A stretch of DNA of 51,400 nucleotides from Atractiella rhizophila (lineage: Eukaryota), in assembly GCA_021432655.1 (NCBI GenBank), contig MU271348.1, positions 1 to 51,400 of the forward strand. The letters run 5' to 3'. The notes under the pieces were generated by a model, which had not been told where the DNA came from, made no database searches, and saw only the letters and a list, made by a program, of their open reading frames with translations. Positions 37,573-50,160 of this stretch are shown one piece after another; within the stretch, counting starts at the first letter, position 1, and every line of letters begins with the position of its first letter. Made by a program: the position numbers and the translations under genes.

Positions 37573-38761
37573 CAACGATAATTGCGCAAGATAACAGAAA
37601 GGAAGTGAGGGAGGAGACGATGAGCGGGTGTGACCCTTTTATGAGGAAGAGATGAGGATCGGTGTCCCAGTACGTTCCACAAATCTAGTTCCGGATCGTT
37701 CAAGTCTTCGGATCGTTGCCTTCGGTTCAAATTGCGCTCACAAACTTGAGGTTCACTGCCACATCCCAGACGGTTTCAAGGAGGGTTACATTTCACATTC
37801 AGCCGAACAAGAGAGATAGAGAGGTCGGTAGAATTGCTGACTGTTCTTCCCTACTCCCGAAGCGAGCACGAGTAGCAAAGACAGGGGAGATAGTGGAGCT
37901 GCTGACACCAGAATGCGTTTGTGCTTGTCCGATTACGCGAGGCTTGTATCCCGTTCACTTCCTGGCTTCTGGTTTACTGTAACGCGTCTGTGTAACCTCT
38001 GTTCTTCGGGTTCTGCTCATTGGATTGCCACAACACAGAGCTTTGAACCTGTTATGTCATAACTAACTTCCAGTATCAAGCTTTCCTTTGTGCTCTATTA
38101 CAGACTATTTTGGGTGATGACGTACCGCAGGAATGCCAGATTCAATTGCAGAACGTCGCCCTCCCTTTCTGCATTCATCGCTGTGATCCTCCCTGATCCT
38201 CCATATTCTCCTTCCAACATTAAAATCGGGAGCTGATCTACCCATAATAACTGTAAGCCGTCAGACTAACGATGTAATGTCAGTGGGTTTGCCGCAGACA
38301 AACAACAAGGGACACGGGATCGGTGAATGGTGTACGGGATCTTGACGAGACTCGAAGTATGTAGTGGAGCTCAGTTCGCTCCAAAGTGGAAGCAGGGGCG
38401 GGACAGAAGCGTTCCGACGACGACGAGTACGGATACAGAGGTTGGAGCTATTGGGTCAGGAATTAAGATCCGTGGCGGTTTAGCACAACTTACCAACAAC
38501 ATTCAATTTTGAAATCATCTTTCGAGCTCCCTGCCTCTCTCTTCTTCGGCTCCCGGCTCTTCTGAGCCGATTAGCTTCTAGACGAGATGCATCAACAATC
38601 ATTTAGCAAGGGGATATTTGTTGTCATAGGTACATTGTAAGCGAATCAGTGCTCTTAGTTTTCATTCTACACTCTGTCATGATCAATACGTTGTTATTCA
38701 TACCATAAAATGGAAGAAACCGAAGTAAAGAGGGCGATAATTTTTTTTCTTGATGCTATTG

Positions 38762-40441
38762 TTAAGCTGCTGGCGTGGACTTCTTGACCTTGGATGAAGA
38801 AAGCCAGCTGGTTCCCTTCGCGTCTAGCTGCAAGCGACATAGCTCAATGAGAGCTTCCTGCTTGTTGTGAGCGTGACATTTGCCCTTCGCAATGTGTTGC
38901 CTGCCCATTGCATTCAAATGGGGTTGAGTTGGAGCGGGAACAAGAGAAAAAAAACGAACCTTGCTTTGGTCGGCCTTGCGAGGAAAGGATCGCCATCTAA
39001 CAAAGGCGGATTCTTTGGGTCGTCTATCGTGAACTCCTCCGAGAAGAACTTAAAAGACGGATTTTGACAATTGCCTGTTAAAAAGTGATCAACGAAGCGT
39101 GAGTCGGTTGACGGAGGAACACAAACCGAAGTGTAGCAGTTGTCCTTTGAACCATTCTAGAATCTGTTTCAGAAAACTATGTGAACTCAACGAAAACGTA
39201 CCTTCTCGACCATCCGAAGGAAGGATGACCTTTTCACCAAGCCGTACCTCCACGTAGGTCTCCTTATCAAAAACAAGTTTTGTCCACCGTTCTCTTGTCT
39301 CCTTCGTCTTCGGACAATGAATCTTTTCCAAAGGAGAGCGAGGGACCTTTATCTGGACCCGTTTATTTTGATGATCCCAGTAACAGATAAGATCATCTGT
39401 CATTCTGTGGATTGTCAGAATGCTGCCTTTGGGTGAAGCCTTGATCGCGTTCAAAGGTTCCGAAACAGCCGCAGAGCACTGGGAACCACCCTTGCTAGGA
39501 CCTGAATTACTGACAGCGACCTTGGCGCCTTGGAATGTATCAGGAGGAGAGCTGACGCGGAAGGCAGACTCGGACAGATCTTGATTAGAAAGCAGGGTTG
39601 GCATGCTCGGAACGTCGCTGACGGCGAGGTGAGCACCTGTGATACGTTCGTCATGAGGAGGGTTGTTGATATAAAAGGCAGGATCGAGAAAGTTTCTGCT
39701 AGAAATCACTGGCAGGCTCGTAGGATCGTTGAGGATGGTGCCGCCAAATGGCGGCGAAGACATATTCAAAGGAGCACCACCGAGGCCAAAATCAAAATCC
39801 AGCGAATGCAGGTTCTCCCAATTGTCAGTGAAAATGGCAGCTGTTGCATTGTCTACATCGATTGGAGTTCGAGATCGAGAGTGAGAACGTGGGAGCATTG
39901 AAGCAAAAGTATCGGTAATAGCAAATTCTGCGCCAGATGGGCGATGGGAGTGTACCGTTGAAGCTGAAGGCTGGATATCATCAATGCTCAAGGCTGCTTC
40001 AAGAAAAACTAAATCTCGGTTTTCGTCGACCCGAGGATAAAATGTCGGAGCTTCGGATGATGGTGGAGTGAACCTGGTTGCTGACTGTGACCGGGTGACC
40101 CAGGATGAACGAGAATGCATCCTGAGTGGCGCTGGTGAAGGAGGAGTGTTCTGTGCTGACGGAGGATTGGATACTGGAGGACTTTGCAAGATAAAGGTGG
40201 GTGGAGAGTGTCCTGAACGCCATTGACTCTGATGGCGTAGGTGTAAGCGAGCTGTGCTACCAGTAGGAACTGTTTCGTCCTGTGTTGGAGCGTCTCCCAC
40301 AAGCGATTCGAGTGATCGGTGAGGAGCAGAAGGACCACGAAAGCGCCCTCGAGTCAGAAAGTTTAGGAGAGACCTACTCCTAACGGCAAGACGGAATCTA
40401 AACGTATTGCCATCAGGTGAATCCCTCCCTGTAGACTGCAT
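38762..40441 (-). CDS. Hypothetical protein A with conserved, unrecognised C-terminal domain
   Basis: Long ORF 39089-40477 plus three short introns, ending ...RQHIAKGKCHAHNKQEALIELCRLQLDAK...AA*. Clear paralog of 44667-46086. Start uncertain. Confidence 0.8.
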
Positions 40442-41151
40442 AATGAGGCATGAGGGTGCTGGGTGGTGGAGCAACACCTTATAACGTGAAGCTTATGTAA
40501 TGGATTTGTTCTTCTCGTGAACGCAGGTGTTCCAGTGCGTCTGGAGCTTCCATCATACTTTTGCGCGTTCAATTGCAGTCAATATCAAGACCTGCCATCG
40601 TCTCTCGAATATCCGCACAATCTCCCTCCCACCACCCACAGTGTTCTTCTGCTTACTAGGTGCGACCATACGGACACTTGAGCGCTTTAGACAAATTCAA
40701 TCGTCTTGAGACAGTCACCGCCAGCGTTACCCGTACTCTGAGCCGATTATCAAACATTTGCAAACAAGAGGATGAAGAGGTTGCACGCATACTCCAGGCA
40801 GGGTCCAAGTTTCAGGGAAAAATGACATAGTTGATGTAACGAGAATGTGCACACGTACATCCCTGCACATATCTGCTCGCAACTCGCCGCCCGCCCTCTT
40901 CACCCTCTCTATTTTCTTCCTCCGTAATCTCGGTAGGCTGTGAGATACAGTTTGTTTGTTGATCTCAGTATGCTTATTTTGTTTGATGCGTTATGGATGT
41001 ACCCTTTGTGTCAACAAACACATAAAAAACACTTCCCCTTCACATCCACAACTCTTACATATCTATCTTTCATCTTTCAAAGGCAGAAGTAAAAAAAACA
41101 GGAAGGACGTCGTTTAAGGCACTGTCCAGCTACTTCGAACTTGCGATCGAG

Positions 41152-42729
41152 ATGAGCGTCCGTCTTCTCTTGCTGCTCGTTGAACAGTCACTGCTGAAAA
41201 CATATGATACAGCTAGCATTCGCCTTCCTCCTCCAACTCTACCAAAAGCTCGACCGTCGTCTCACCCAAACGGAAAACTCCCATCGAACGCTGCTCTCGC
41301 GTCTGCAACAGTTAGAAAAGAGAGTCGGCAGCACGAAATGGGAGAAAGAGAGGCAAGCGCAGGTTCGACGGATCGAGCAGGACCTCGAGAGGGTGGGACG
41401 GTGGTGCGAGATCCATTTGGGAAGATTAGGTGAGGTGAAGGAAACTGTGACTGTGGACAGAGTCGATCGGGGTTACGGAGAACGCGGTGGAGGGATGGAT
41501 TTGGAAAGCAAGGGAGCTGGAATGGTTGCGGATCACGCACTGGCGCAATCTGCCTCTGCCTACTCCAACGCTCAGCATGCCGCCTATCTACCTTCCACAC
41601 TAAATGCCCCGTCCTCTCCAAACCTCCAAAGCGCGTCGTGGTGTCTAAGAGAACAAAGGAAGCGTTGAAGAGGCGGCCGACGAACGGACAGGATCATCAA
41701 GCCAATGCGTTCTCCTCTTCTTCCGACGACTTCGAGCACTCTCCCTTCACCAATAACAATGCCAATTCCAATGGAAGGGTCGGATTTGACCCGATGGCAC
41801 CTCCTCCGTCTTCGTACAGCTCGAAGAGGAGAGATAGACATCCTCCTCCTAATGTCGACGTCGATCCTGCAGCGATATCGAACAGCAACCTTGCGAGTCG
41901 GTTCTCGGATACAACGATGGCCTCTTCCTTCATCTCTTCCCAACACAATACACCCGCCAAAGCCAAGGCGGACGGTTTCAGGCATCAGCAGGGACGAACG
42001 AAGCACAGCTCCCCCCTTCCCCCTGATTTCCCAAGCCAGTCCAAGTTCTCCTCCGCCACATCTTCCTGGGTCGACATCAACGCCAACTCCGTCGCCTTCC
42101 CTCGGGTCAGTGCCGAAGATTTGCGGATTCATGAACCTGAGCATGGATATGAAGGCGAGGCCGAAGTGCTCTTCGATCCTGATTATACCCCAACGCCGAC
42201 TCCGAAAGCAAAACTCTTCTCTGAGCCCGAGTCCATCGAACCAACGAACCATACGAGGGGTCCTGTGAGAAATGGGAACGTCGGTCCGTCACCTGAACCG
42301 TTCAGTTCGTGGTATCGAGATGGGCCAATCCGTCCAGAAGGTGTGAATACCGACTCAGAGGCGGTGGAGCAGACGAATGCGCCATCAGTGAATGGAGCGG
42401 GAATGAATCGACAGGACCCAATGCGTTCCTTTGACCTTGCTCGAACCCAAACTCGAACGCGAATGCAGGGAAAGAGGTTCGGTTCCCTCTCTTCAGTTGT
42501 GAGTGCTTTCCGAATTCGCAAAACGAGCTTCCCGACCGTTCGACGGACGAATACGTTGGATGTGTCGAGGCCAGAGGAGGAGGTGAAGGAGAGGGAGAAG
42601 GAAGGGAACTTGAAGAAGACTTTCACCATACCACTGTGGGGTTTGGATGGCCCGAGGAGGAGAAAGAAGAGCTCGTTGGGTGAAAGTGTCAAGGTGGTGC
42701 AGGAAACACAGCGGTTTTCGAGGGTCTGA
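41152..42729 (+). CDS. Hypothetical N-terminal coiled-coil, disordered protein (apparent frame break near 41620)
   Basis: ATG AGC|GTCCGT...TACAG| gives MSLAFAFLLQLYQKLDRRLTQTENSHRTLLSRLQQLEK. ORFs 41204-41668 and 41638-42729 overlap in different frames. Confidence 0.6.
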
Positions 42730-43110
42730 TAGATCGTTGTAACGAATGCGATGCCATAGACATGTAGCATATGTACTGTTGACGGATATACCAATACCAT
42801 ACCATATAATACTGGATATGACATCCTAACGATTGAAACCAATCCTGATATCCTGTGTGAACTCTCCCACGGAGGTTGCCATTAGACGCGATGAAACACA
42901 TCCCAAACGCTGCGGCATTACTTGACATTATTTGCTGAAACATTGTGAAACTGATTTCAATGCTGAAACGGGAAGACACATTGAAACAAGACATGTGAAG
43001 GATTGACCCCGCCTCCCGACCAGCATACAAAAGGGCATTCGCTTCGACCATCTTCCTCATTCTCTTTTTCTTCCTCTCTTCCCCTCACACAACATCGATC
43101 AGCTGCTAAG

Positions 43111-43893
43111 ATGATGCTCACATTCCTTAAATTCTTCACCCTCCTTTCCATCTTCTCCCTCTCCACCGTCCACGGCGCGACCTCCCTCAACGCGTTCGCC
43201 AAACGCACACTCGCAAGACACAACTTCTACCGCGAACAATACGGCGCGGAGCCTCTCAAATGGTCCCCTGCTCTCGCTAAGACGGCCAAGAAGTGGGCTG
43301 AACGTTGCGTGTTCCAGCATGGCGGGGGAGTCGCTGGTGGATATGGCGAGAACATCGCTGCAGGTTATACAGACGTGAAGGCTGTCGTTGACGATTGGGT
43401 CAATGGAATTAATGAGAGCGGATCGTACAATCCCAGTAACCCCACCGCTAGTCACTTCACTCAGGTTAGCTATGTTCCCTTTATTGTCGACTGGGAGTGG
43501 AATGGATGGATTAATGTAGAGCTGACGATGCGTGTGATGCTATTGCAATGGATAGGTCGTTTGGAAGAACACGAAGAAGGTCGGATGCGCTAAGGTCCAT
43601 TGCGACTCTCTCGCCGTCTTTGATGGTTCCCCTGGTCAGTTTTCTCCCTTTTATTTGCAAACGTGCTGATTTAATACTGGATGGGATAGGTAACCTTTAC
43701 GTCTGTGAATACGACCCTCCAGTATGTATTCTTCATTCTCCAACATTACAGACATGTCCACTGACAAGCATTCTGAAGGGAAACGTTTTCCCTGCCGATA
43801 ACTTCAAGTAAGCTTCTCCCTTATCCTCCAACACCATTATGTCCTGTTGACGTCGATTGCGAAAGGAAAAACGTTGGGACGAAGGAAAATTAG
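43111..43893 (+). CDS. Secreted CAP (SCP/PR-1/Pry) protein, basic
   Basis: Signal peptide; HNFYR, CVFQHGGGVAGGYGENIA, SHFTQ|VVWKNTKKVGCA, |GNLYVCEYDPP|GNV; four introns. Confidence 0.95.
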
Positions 43894-44666
43894 GATGTGA
43901 ATCAACCCACCACAACACTCGTTTTGATAACAACACGAAGAAGACCTCTTCGCCACATTCGTTTTGATAACGCAAGCAACATCAATTCTTTCAAGCTCTG
44001 CGTAGCATCTGTATCCAGGAGCCAATGCTCTGTCTTGAACAATCTGAAATTCAAATGTTCATCATCATAGCTTTATCGATATAACCTTTCACAGCAAGAC
44101 TCCTTTGAAAGTCAGGGTAGCTTCATTATTTGATATCAGTAAGCATGATGCATATATCATTTCTAATGAACGGTATGTTCATCGCGTGTTACACTGGTTA
44201 CACAGAGAACGTGAGATGGGGTACTTAAAGTTATACAAAGTGGAAGGAGAATGTAACTCCTTCACCAGGAATCCAAAAGCACTAAAAGGTAACGCTCGTC
44301 TAAACCCAGTACAATTACAAAATTATAGGCAGGAAAGCAGTTCCAAATGCTTGAGCACTATGCATTAGATGTCCTCAAGTGGATAAAACGGCTGATGTGA
44401 GTGATGGATGAGAGAAAGGCGAAGTGCGACAAAGTTGACCGTCGATGATGAAGTAAACAAACTAATGTCACCACAAGCAAATCAAATAGGCACTGAAGAA
44501 TGGGAATAGAAAGAATCAGTATCCCTAGCCACACCAAGTCGACGAGGAAGCTCCAACTTGGGCAAGCAAAGCTGGAGGCGGCTGGACTCTCCTCGCCCTC
44601 TGTAAACAGGTCAGCTCACCATTAGGCAGAGAAAAGGAGGACAAACATGATGGCTCCTGATAGGCC

Positions 44667-46086
44667 TCAACTCCACAGAGGTTGTATCATGATCCTGTCC
44701 CTTTGATCAGCCCTCTGCATCATGTAAGTAGAAAGAGTATAGCGCACAGCGGCGTGGGCAGCGTCGAGCTGGAGACGACAAAGCTTGACAAGACTTTCGT
44801 GAGAATGATGAGAAGGGCACCTGCCCGAAGCCAAATGTTGCCTGTTCAAACGACACATCAGCACCTATCCACTAGAAAATGGTGCTACGAACCTGCAGTT
44901 CCTAGGGCGAGTAAAAGGGTCACCGGTCAGTAACGGAGGATTATTCACATTGTCGGTCGTAAATGCAGGATCAAAGAATTTGAATCGAGGATTTTGACAG
45001 TTGCCTATTCATCCCTGATCAGCTCCAGTCAAGAAAAAATATTGCAAGAACCTTACCAATTTGCAAAAGTTGCCCCTTGAACCACTCTGCACTCATAAGA
45101 TCATATGAGCACCTCAAGAAGTGGGGAAAGAGACACGACGAACCTTGGCCATCGTGATCCCAGGGATAAACCACCCTACCGCCAACCCTAACCTCGACGT
45201 ACGTCTCTTTATCAAAGACTAGAATCGAATATTTTTTCTTCTGCTCATTTGTCCTGGGATCAAGAAACATCTCTTCCGTCGATTTGGCCGTTCCCTCTAC
45301 CTTTCGATTTTGATGATCCCAATAGCAAACAAGATCGTGGAGCAGACGAAAGATAGACAGTAATCCACCTTTGGGCGACACTTTGATGGATTTAAGTGGA
45401 CCGCAATCAATGTTGAGTCCCAAGTCCATATCTGGTTCTCCAAAAACAAGAGGGAACATTCCTTGATCGATGCAAGGGATGGGATCATTAGGAGGCAGAT
45501 CGTCCTGCGTAGGAGAGCGTTTAACAACAATATTAGTTCCTGGTTCCATCTGAGGCTTCGGTGTCTGCGATTCGAAGAACGCTGAAAAGGGATTCGAGGA
45601 AGAGACATCCACAGATGAGCCAACAAATTGGTCCGTCAAGCGATGCTGCACGTTCTTCTCGTCCACCATGTTTTGGATTTGATGGGTAAGCGTTCCGTAA
45701 TCGAAGCTGGTGGGAACTGAGGAGGAAATTTGAACTGCAGGAGGAGATTCAGAGGGAGGTTGGTTGAAAGTTGCGAGGAATGAGAAGACGTTGTCATTGA
45801 ACAGTAGGTTCCTCAACATTTGAGTCGGGATCCTCCCCATCTCCCCTTCGTCGTTGACGAAGGTCAGGTGCTGATTATCCAGCATCCATTTGGTCGACCT
45901 GGAGATCGTGACTGGGCTGCTGGATGTTGTGGAGGTGCCGACTACTGAAGTCGCACGAGTGGACTGAGGACGAGAAGCGGCATGGTAAGGATGGAACCTG
46001 TTGCTTGAGTTCGGGGATGCAGAGGTAGCAGCCTCGAGGGAACGGGTTTGAGAGACGCTTCCTAAACGGTGCGCTTCAGGTGCCAT
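44667..46086 (-). CDS. Hypothetical protein B with conserved, unrecognised C-terminal domain
   Basis: ORF 45019-46086 plus three introns at the same positions as in protein A; ends ...RQHLASGRCPSHHSHESLVKLCRLQLDAAH...PLWS*. Confidence 0.8.
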
Positions 46087-46306
46087 GTCGAGAGGTGCCT
46101 CGAGGAGGTTGTCGTTCGTTCTTCAAGTAAGTGGGAACTCGTTGATCTCGTTTTACTCGTCTTTGTCGAGCCTCGAACCGTATCTGTAACCTTCCAATTC
46201 AATCCGCTTCGCCTGTTCTTGCCGACGCTGTGGTTTTGCCTACAATCCTCAGCTCAGTTCTCTGATGGAAACTTGAGACAGATTGCACACTTGACAAGGC
46301 AATCAC

Positions 46307-49300
46307 TCCCTCAAACAATCAAGGCGAGAGATGTCTGGTTCGACGTTCATATTCCGACCTGGAGCAAAAGTAGTAATCGTCTCTTTGAGAAGACGACTTT
46401 CCAGGTGCTTCAAGTTGGTAGATTGAGCGGTGAAGGAGAAGGAAAAAGGATGTAACTGCAAAACGTACAAGGCTTATGAGAGGAGGAGGAAATAGTTTGT
46501 AAGATGAAGGGGTTTATAAAGCTTCTCGTTTCACTCGTTCGTCTCGTTCCCGTCAAGTCGCAATATGGACAAATAAGGACAAACACGTCTTTCAATGGGC
46601 CGTGTACGTAAATAGGCTTTGCTTCACGTTCCCTACTCCATGATTGAAACGAACCAAGATAATCCCCAAGCTGTGCAGGAACTGGAACGAGCTTGCCTCC
46701 TGAGCGGCAGATCTGAGTTGATTTCGCTGATGATGTGGGGGAGAGGGCAGCTGACAGTATCCTTGGAATGGCACGCCGACCTGACACGTTCAGCCCAAAT
46801 CCGACAGGATTAAACATGCTCAAGGCTCTGGGTTGAAGGGTGAGGAGTGGATTTCGGGAGATGGAGTGGGCTAGCAGAGAGGAGGCTTGCCGCAGTGAGA
46901 ACCCCTGACCTCCTCCGGCCGTGACACCCCAACCTCCAGAAGACTTTGACGCCGATAATGGTTTGCCGTGCCTTTCAAGGCTTATCGTGCAAGCTTATCG
47001 TGCAAGCTTATCTTTATGTTGAATCGCTGTCTCGTGGTGGAAGGGGAGAAGGGGAAGACAAGCTCAGCAACTTGGAGCGAACAGCAGCCGTATTTTCGAC
47101 GGCTACCATGGTTGCCGTTCCTCAACTGCACAAGGACAGGATCTTCAGCATCAGAAAACCTCGGGATGCCCCTCATCGCAGCAGCCAAAACACACCCACG
47201 AACGAGGACACAGTACGAAAGCTTGCACGTCGCAGCGCAGCAGGTGGAACGTTGTTCAAAGTACAACGATTCAGAAGGACTCAATGCAGATCGATCGCCT
47301 CGTTCTCTCAGTGCTTTCTCTCCTATTACAAAGCCGAAAGCTTCTCCAAATTACTCCACACTTATCATGACGTATTAGAGCCTTCAGATCTTCAGCCCGT
47401 GTCAGCCTGCAGCAGACCATGTTCATCTTGATCTCCGCCCAAGCTCAGCCCCCCATCGTTCTATTCCTGGACAGTGCGAGAGGTACTTGGAAGTAGCTAC
47501 CAAGTTAAAATGGCACAAACGTGCCAACAGAAGGCGTCATTGGTTGATCACTGCCTGGTTGTGTCGTCTAAACATCCCCTTCTGACCCGCGGAGGCTGCA
47601 TGAAAGGAAGAGTTGAAAGAAGGAAGGAGGTCCGAAAACTGGATTCGCAAGTGTCATTGAGAAAAGCTTTTGAAGTATCCTCGAGTCGTCAGCTTGTGAA
47701 GCTGAACGATATATTACGGAACTAGGCGAATACCAACGCTATCTCGATGTTACAATAAGAAGGAAGCTTTGTGTTTCGCGTCTCTGCAGCAAGATCTTGG
47801 GAGCCCAACTTCCTTCACCCAAGCTTGCCATGCAAGTTTAAGGAAGGAGCTCTCAAGGAAACGTATCCAAAGGTATGAACAAAGGTCTTTAGACGATAAT
47901 TCTGATTATGCCGTACCAACCTGTAACAACTTGACCATGCTTGCGATCAACTGACTCAGCACAAACACGATGAATCGATTCGCTTCATTCGATAGTGAAA
48001 AGGTGGCGGTTACGTGCTTCTGATAATAGTCTCATAACTTCTTTTCTTGGGTAAGAGAAAAGGTGGACAAAAAGAATGCTGAGGATAAATATCCACACTA
48101 GAATACAACCAGTGTTGAAATCCTCAAGGCGTGGAGCGTTTGCCCAATCGCATCCATAAATTATCTTTTCTTTCCTCGTGTTCTTTGGAATAAAGATCAC
48201 GACGGAAAGTCGAAAGATGTTCGTTGGTCATTATCCCTCAAACAATCAAGGCGAGAGATGTCTGGTTCGACGTTCATATTCCGACCTGGAGCAAAAGTAG
48301 TAATCGTCTCTTTGAGAAGACGACTTTCCAGGTGCTTCAAGTTGGTAGATTGAGCGGTGAAGGAGAAGGAAAAAGGATGTAACTGCAAAACGTACAAGGC
48401 TTATGAGAGGAGGAGGAAATAGTTTGTAAGATGAAGGGGTTTATAAAGCTTCTCGTTTCACTCGTTCGTCTCGTTCCCGTCAAGTCGCAATATGGACAAA
48501 TAAGGACAAACACGTCTTTCAATGGGCCGTGTACGTAAATAGGCTTTGCTTCACGTTCCCTACTCCATGATTGAAACGAACCAAGATAATCCCCAAGCTG
48601 TGCAGGAACTGGAACGAGCTTGCCTCCTGAGCGGCAGATCTGAGTTGATTTCGCTGATGATGTGGGGGAGAGGGCAGCTGACAGTATCCTTGGAATGGCA
48701 CGCCGACCTGACACGTTCAGCCCAAATCCGACAGGATTAAACATGCTCAAGGCTCTGGGTTGAAGGTGACGGAGTGGATTTCGGGAGATGGAGTGGGCTA
48801 GCAGAGAGGAGGCTTGCCGCAGTGAGAACCCCTGACCTCCTCCGGCCGTGACACCCCAACCTCCAGAAGACTTTGACGCCGATAATGGTTTGCCGTGCCT
48901 TTCAAGGCTTATCGTGCAAGCTTATCGTGCAAGCTTATCTTTATGTTGAATCGCTGTCTCGTGGTGGAAGGGGAGAAGGGGAAGACAAGCTCAGCAACTT
49001 GGAGCGAACAGCAGCCGTATTTTCGACGGCTACCATGGTTGCCGTTCCTCAACTGCACAAGGACAGGATCTTCAGCATCAGAAAACCTCGGGATGCCCCT
49101 CATCGCAGCAGCCAAAACACACCCACGAACGAGGACACAGTACGAAAGCTTGCACGTCGCAGCGCAGCAGGTGGAACGTTGTTCAAAGTACAACGATTCA
49201 GAAGGACTCAATGCAGATCGATCGCCTCGTTCTCTCAGTGCTTTCTCTCCTATTACAAAGCCGAAAGCTTCTCCAAATTACTCCACACTTATCATGACGT

Positions 49301-50160
49301 ATTAGAGCCTTCAGATCTTCAGCCCGTGTCAGCCTGCAGCAGACCATGTTCATCTTGATCTCCGCCCAAGCTCAGCCCCCCATCGTTCTATTCCTGGACA
49401 GTGCGAGAGGTACTTGGAAGTAGCTACCAAGTTAAAATGGCACAAACGTGCCAACAGAAGGCGTCATTGGTTGATCACTGCCTGGTTGTGTCGTCTAAAC
49501 ATCCCCTTCTGACCCGGGGAGGCTGCATGAAAGGAAGAGTTGAAAGAAGGAAGGAGGTCCGAAAACTGGATTCGCAAGTGTCGTTGTGAGAAAAGCTTTT
49601 GAAGTATCCTTGAGTCGTCAGCTTGTGAAGCTGAACGATATATTACGGAACTAGGTGAATACCAACGCTATCTCGATGTTACAACAAGAAGGAAGCTTTG
49701 TGTTTCGCGTCTCTGCAGCAAGATCTTGGGAGCCCAACTTCCTTCACCCAAGCTTGCCATGCAAGTTTGAGGAAGGAGCTCTCAAGGAAACGCATACAAA
49801 GGATGAACAAAGGTCTTTGGACGATAATTCTGCTTATGCCGTACCAACCTGTAACAACTTGACCATGCTTGCGATCAACCGACTCAGCACAAACACGATG
49901 AATCGATTCGCTTCATTCGATAGTGAAAAGGTGGCGGTTACGTGCTTCTGATAATAGTCTCATAACTTCTTTTCTTGGGTAAGAGAAAAGGTGGACAAAA
50001 GAATGCTGAGGATAAATACCCACTCTAGAATACAACCAGTGTTGAAATCCTCAAGGCGTGGAGCGTTTGCACAATCACATCCATAAATTATCTTTCCTTT
50101 CCTCGTCTTCTTTGGAATAAAGATCACGACGGAAAGTCGAAAGATGTTCGTTGGTCATTA
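46307..50160. repeat. Tandem duplication of a 1927-bp unit (46307-48233 / 48234-50160)
   Basis: Identical ORF sets are offset by exactly 1927 bp (e.g. 46410/48337, 46946/48873). Both units end GATGTTCGTTGGTCATTA. Confidence 0.98.

Noticed and set aside
39040..39075. Suspected frameshift in hypothetical protein A
   Set aside because: Recounting shows CCG TCT TTT AAG is in frame with the paralog.
46410..46823. 137-aa ORF with CPYC and CTFC (also 48337-48750), plus the overlapping ORFs at 46946-47431
   Set aside because: No recognisable domain, and repetition is explained by the DNA duplication. Coding status cannot be supported.
46978..47012. 13-bp mini-tandem GCTTATCGTGCAA (about 2.5 copies), and a 13-bp direct repeat at 43919/43958
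   Set aside because: Too short and too few copies; consistent with slippage. Not CRISPR-like.
46307..50160. The repeats as LTRs or a transposon
   Set aside because: The copies abut directly, with no internal gag/pol, TG...CA ends, TIRs or target-site duplication.
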